A stretch of DNA of 64,000 nt, from assembly GCA_963774265.1 (NCBI GenBank), contig CAVZDU010000005.1, forward strand, positions 288,001-352,000, read 5' to 3'. A program made the translations under genes and the position numbers. This document shows, one piece after another, positions 60,350 to 64,000 of the stretch. Positions within the stretch are counted from its first letter, which is position 1. Each line of letters starts with the position of its first letter. Source of the stretch: an uncultured Chloroflexia bacterium. Its GTDB lineage: Bacteria; Chloroflexota; Anaerolineae; CG2-30-64-16. The notes under the pieces were generated by a model, which saw nothing but the letters and a program-made list of their open reading frames with translations, did not search any database and was not told the DNA's origin.

Positions 60350-61123
60350 TCAGGCCCCGCCCCCCAGTTCAGCGATAAACGACCCCATGAGGCCGAGCAG
60401 CACCTCGGGCTGATCGGCGTGGGGCGCGTGCCCGCTGCCCTCAACCAGCACCCCGCGGCGCTCCGCGCGCCCTCCGACGATTTCCGCCACCTGCGCCGGT
60501 GTCCCGTACTGATCGCCGTCGCCCTGCAGCACGAGGACGGGGACCTCAATGGCCGGCAGGGCATACACGAGGCTCCACGAACGGAACCACGGCGCAGACC
60601 AGGTGGCTGCCCAAGACCAGAATACCGCGTCGGTCTTTTCTCCATGGTAGCGGGCCAGGCCCGCCAGCTTGCCGGCCTCGTAAGCGCGGACGGCCGTCTG
60701 GAGGCCGGCCTTCGTATCGGTCTCGACAAAGACATGCGCGGCCTCCGTGATCACCCCAAGCAGCGCCGGGGGACGCTCCGCGGCATAGATCAGTGCAATG
60801 CTCCCACCATCTGAGTGCCCGATGAGGATGTGCTTGCGGCCGGGGATGACTCCTGCCAGCACGGTGGGGAGTTCCTGCAGCGCGGCTTCATGCAGGTAGT
60901 GGATGGTGCGTGGCCCGCGGCCGGGCGATGACTTTCCGTAGCTCACCCGATCGTAGACGAGCCCCGCGCGCCCCGTGGCCGCGGAAAGCCGTCGTGGGAA
61001 CGTCTTCCACATGGCCGTGCAGCCAAGGCCTTCATGCAAGAAGACCAGGACGGGACGATCCGCCGGCCCTTCGATGAGTTCGTAGTAAACCCGGTCGCCG
61101 TTCAGCAGGTCAAGGAATGCCAA
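60350..61123 (-). CDS. Alpha/beta hydrolase
   Basis: FLHEGLG, GHSDGG, QGDGDQYG, GHAPH. Confidence 0.85.
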   Translation of the reverse strand: MAFLDLLNGDRVYYELIEGPADRPVLVFLHEGLGCTAMWKTFPRRLSAATGRAGLVYDRVSYGKSSPGRGPRTIHYLHEAALQELPTVLAGVIPGRKHILIGHSDGGSIALIYAAERPPALLGVITEAAHVFVETDTKAGLQTAVRAYEAGKLAGLARYHGEKTDAVFWSWAATWSAPWFRSWSLVYALPAIEVPVLVLQGDGDQYGTPAQVAEIVGGRAERRGVLVEGSGHAPHADQPEVLLGLMGSFIAELGGGA

Positions 61124-61256
61124 ACCAACCTCCCCGAGTGGTCAGCACCGGTCGTGCAAGGAAAGAGGGGCGGGCTGACTGCGGAATGGTAGTACGCCGG
61201 AACGCCAAGCATCCTTCTGGATTTCACACACGGTGGTGGCTCCATTAGCGGACTCA

Positions 61257-61877
61257 CTAACGATTATTGACCGCCAGCTTGATGCCGAAGCCGATCAGCG
61301 CGATCCCTGCGAGGCGCGTGGCGACTTTTCGGGCCGAGGGTATGGATTTCAGCCGTTTCGCCACCGCATTGCCAACGAACACGAGGCCGGCCTGGTACAG
61401 GAGGCTGATGCCGGTGACATGCACCATCATAGCCGCGAGCGTCGCGTTGGACGATCCAGGACGCAGGAAGAGCGGGAAGAATGCCACGAAAAACAGGACG
61501 ACCTTCGGGTTTGTGAGGCTCACCGTCAAGGCCTGGCGGTAATAGACCCGGGCCGACTTCTTGGGTTCGGCGGCGCCCCCCTCACCCGTCGCGCCTGCGC
61601 GCAAGAGCTGAAGCCCCATCCAGCACAGGTAGCCTGCTCCGAACCACTGCAACGCCTGAAACAGGATCGGGTTTGCGTTCATGACCGCGGCCAGGCCTGC
61701 GACCGCAGCGACCATGAAGAGAAAGTCACCGGTGAGCGTGCCCAGCACCGCCCCAAGTCCTGCGCCGACTCCGTTTCTGGCCGTGGCGTTCAGGATGGTG
61801 AGGGTGCCCGGCCCCGGGATGAGCTGGAAGACGGTGATCGCGGCAACGAAGCTGCTGTAGTTACGGATATCGAACAC
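61257..61877 (-). CDS. LysE/RhtB family exporter
   Basis: IPGPG, GAGYL, LTNPKVVLFF...FPLF. Confidence 0.85.
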   Translation of the reverse strand: MFDIRNYSSFVAAITVFQLIPGPGTLTILNATARNGVGAGLGAVLGTLTGDFLFMVAAVAGLAAVMNANPILFQALQWFGAGYLCWMGLQLLRAGATGEGGAAEPKKSARVYYRQALTVSLTNPKVVLFFVAFFPLFLRPGSSNATLAAMMVHVTGISLLYQAGLVFVGNAVAKRLKSIPSARKVATRLAGIALIGFGIKLAVNNR

Positions 61878-61984
61878 CGATGGACCTCGTTCTTGGGAAT
61901 GAACTCGATGACCTTCACCTCATATCAAACCGAGTGCCCATTGTGTTCATACCCCTTCTCGCGCCTATGCGTCAACCGGCCATC

Positions 61985-63247
61985 CTACTTTCGCGGGACG
62001 TTTGCGCCGCAGGGCCACGACGTCTGAATGGCCCCGTTGGGCTGGAGGATCAGCGCCTTCTGGCCGGCCAGGACGTCGCCCTCGGTGCGGATCAACTTGC
62101 CGTCCTCCCATAGCTCCACCTTGTAGGGCTGGCCGTCCCAGCCGTAGAGCGCGGAGATGGGCAGGCCGAACAGCTTGAGCTCGCCGTTTTGGGCCGACGG
62201 ACCGTACCCGTCCGGCTTGAGGTCCTCCCAAGTCGTGTTGGGTGCCAGGCGATATAGCTTGATCCACGATTTCTCGGGCCACATGCAGGTGGTCAGGTTT
62301 CCGATCCAGTCGACGCTGGTGTCTTTCCATTCGAGCTTGATCTGGGCCTCACCGCCGGCCTGGAAATACTCCACGACGATCTCGTGTTTGCCGCTCTTGA
62401 TCGCCTTCTCCACGGTATAGGTCCGCGCCGAGCTTTCGCGCCACTCATCGATGATCGCCACCCAGTCGAGCCAGACGCGCACGCCATCATCGGCTGTGAC
62501 CTTGAACTGATAGGTTCCGTCCGCAAACTCCACCACGCGGTTCCAGCGCACCGAGAAGTCTTTGCCGTCGAAGCCGCCCCCAGGTCCACTGTCGCCCCAA
62601 TCGAAATAGACGAATGCATCATCGCGTTCGAAGGCTGGATTGCCTTCGAGCGTCTTGTTGTCGAAATAATCGGCCTGCCACGTGCCCAGGACCGTGGGGG
62701 GCCGCCAGGTGACAGCCGGGACCGAGGAGACCGGGACCGGGGAGACCGTGGCCGGGGTTGCCGTGCCCTTATCCCACCACACGCGAATCTGCGCTCGCTC
62801 GGTGTTCTCGTAGTAGTCGACCTTCACGAGGTGTGCGCCCGCGGTCAAGTTGATGCTTGCGGTGTAGGTGATCGGCGCAGTAATGTGCCACTGGTCGATG
62901 ATGGCCTGGCCGTCCACGTAGAGGCGGACGCCGTCGTCGACCGTGACGTTGAAGCGGTACGTGCCGGCTGAGAAATTGGCGGTGCGGGTCCATCGGGCCG
63001 AAAAGTGATCGGCCGCGAGCTTACTGTTGGGCGCGCCCCAACCCCAGTTGAAGTTGAGGCTGGCATCGGAACGCACGAGAACGGGGCTGCCGGAGAGGTC
63101 CTGGCTGGCAAAGTACTCGCCGCGCCAGGTCGCATCGGCGGCGACCGGCACGGTCGCGCTGGCCGTTGCCGGCAGCAGCCCTAGGAGGAGCGCGAGCACA
63201 ACCAAAGCGCTCAGACGGGGCAGCATGATGAGTGACAGCCTGGGCAT
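61985..63247 (-). CDS. Secreted protein with two PA14 domains
   Basis: Signal peptide; WRGEYF...FSARW...DDGVRL domain twice. Confidence 0.85.
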   Translation of the reverse strand: MPRLSLIMLPRLSALVVLALLLGLLPATASATVPVAADATWRGEYFASQDLSGSPVLVRSDASLNFNWGWGAPNSKLAADHFSARWTRTANFSAGTYRFNVTVDDGVRLYVDGQAIIDQWHITAPITYTASINLTAGAHLVKVDYYENTERAQIRVWWDKGTATPATVSPVPVSSVPAVTWRPPTVLGTWQADYFDNKTLEGNPAFERDDAFVYFDWGDSGPGGGFDGKDFSVRWNRVVEFADGTYQFKVTADDGVRVWLDWVAIIDEWRESSARTYTVEKAIKSGKHEIVVEYFQAGGEAQIKLEWKDTSVDWIGNLTTCMWPEKSWIKLYRLAPNTTWEDLKPDGYGPSAQNGELKLFGLPISALYGWDGQPYKVELWEDGKLIRTEGDVLAGQKALILQPNGAIQTSWPCGANVPRK

Positions 63248-63584
63248 GGGAACCTCCTTGTTTACATAAGAACCCATCAGGCCAAACAGCGAGCAGGATT
63301 GAGCTAATAATAGACCAGATGCCGGCCGCAAGCAACAAGATCCTGGCCGCGTCGGCCGGTGCGCGTGCCAGCAAGTAAGGCGGCAGGAGCTTGCATCTTT
63401 AGGATCGCAGAATAGTCAACCCAGATGAAAATTCTATGAAGAATTCGTTCCGCGGATGGGCGCACGAATATCTGCAAGGATGCTTGACACTCTCAGAAAA
63501 CGGCATAAAATGGGGTGTGACCTGTTTCCCACTGCCGTCCGGCCGAACTATGCGGTTTCCCACCACGCTAGAGAGGTGATAGCC

Positions 63585-64000
63585 ATGAAGTCGCGCCCCT
63601 ACCTCGTCCTGCTTGGGCTGCTTGTCCTGGCGCTGGTGGCGCCGACCTGCGGCCCCGCGTCTGCCTCGCGCGCCGTCGCGGCGCGAATCATCCGTGATTC
63701 GTACGGCGTGCCGCACATCTATGCCGACAACGCCTACGATCTTTTCTATGCCAATGGGTACGCGGTGGCTCAGGATCGCCTGAGCCAGCTCGAACTCTAT
63801 CGACGCGCCGGGCTGGGACGACTCGCCGAGATGATGGGCTCCAGTTATCTCGAGACCGACATGGATACCCGTCACGAGTCCTACACGCTCGTCGAGCGAG
63901 ACGCAATGCTCAAGGCGCTCCCCGTTGAGCAGCAGCGCATCCTCGAAGCTTACACCGACGGCATCAACGCCAGGCTGGCCGAGGTGCGAGCCGATGCCTC
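63585..64000 (+). CDS. Penicillin acylase family protein, 3' end outside window
   Basis: IIRDSYGVPHIYA, GYAVAQDRL, YTDGIN; RBS GAGGTG. Confidence 0.85.
   Translation, partial: MKSRPYLVLLGLLVLALVAPTCGPASASRAVAARIIRDSYGVPHIYADNAYDLFYANGYAVAQDRLSQLELYRRAGLGRLAEMMGSSYLETDMDTRHESYTLVERDAMLKALPVEQQRILEAYTDGINARLAEVRADA

Noticed and set aside
1-64000. tRNA, rRNA, CRISPR array, selenoprotein read-through
   Set aside because: No cloverleaf, rRNA signature, repeat-spacer array or in-frame TGA at a catalytic Cys position was seen by manual inspection.

Overview
High-GC bacterial chromosomal window. The gene repertoire suggests Chloroflexota/Anaerolineae, but that is inference. Many single-base frameshifts, mostly at homopolymers, look like long-read consensus errors. 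Left to right: a minus-strand run (SLC13/TrkA-C permease, Mg P-type ATPase, PIG-L deacetylase, HGSNAT-like protein); HtrA; a rhodanese lying between duplicated fragments; an AbiEi/truncated AbiEii pair; a complete 1528-bp IS with 8-bp target duplication; MFS+TetR; an apparent DtxR/MntR-FeoA-FeoA-NRAMP fusion; a SigK/RskA module with its promoter motif and a cupredoxin lipoprotein target; a cooF-cooS-nuoE/F/G-like CO dehydrogenase operon punctuated by REP elements; an orphan RepA-type helicase + palindrome + primase cassette with a LexA-like box; GT2 + short Rho; VapBC; a duplicated, deletion-scarred SmtB-operator methyltransferase island ending in a CDF transporter; two two-component systems; a heterodimeric ABC exporter; housekeeping genes. 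No rRNA, tRNA or CRISPR array was seen. Best candidates for novelty: the repressor-transporter fusion, the SOS-box helicase/primase cassette, the CODH-NuoEFG' complex and the SmtB-controlled methyltransferase island.
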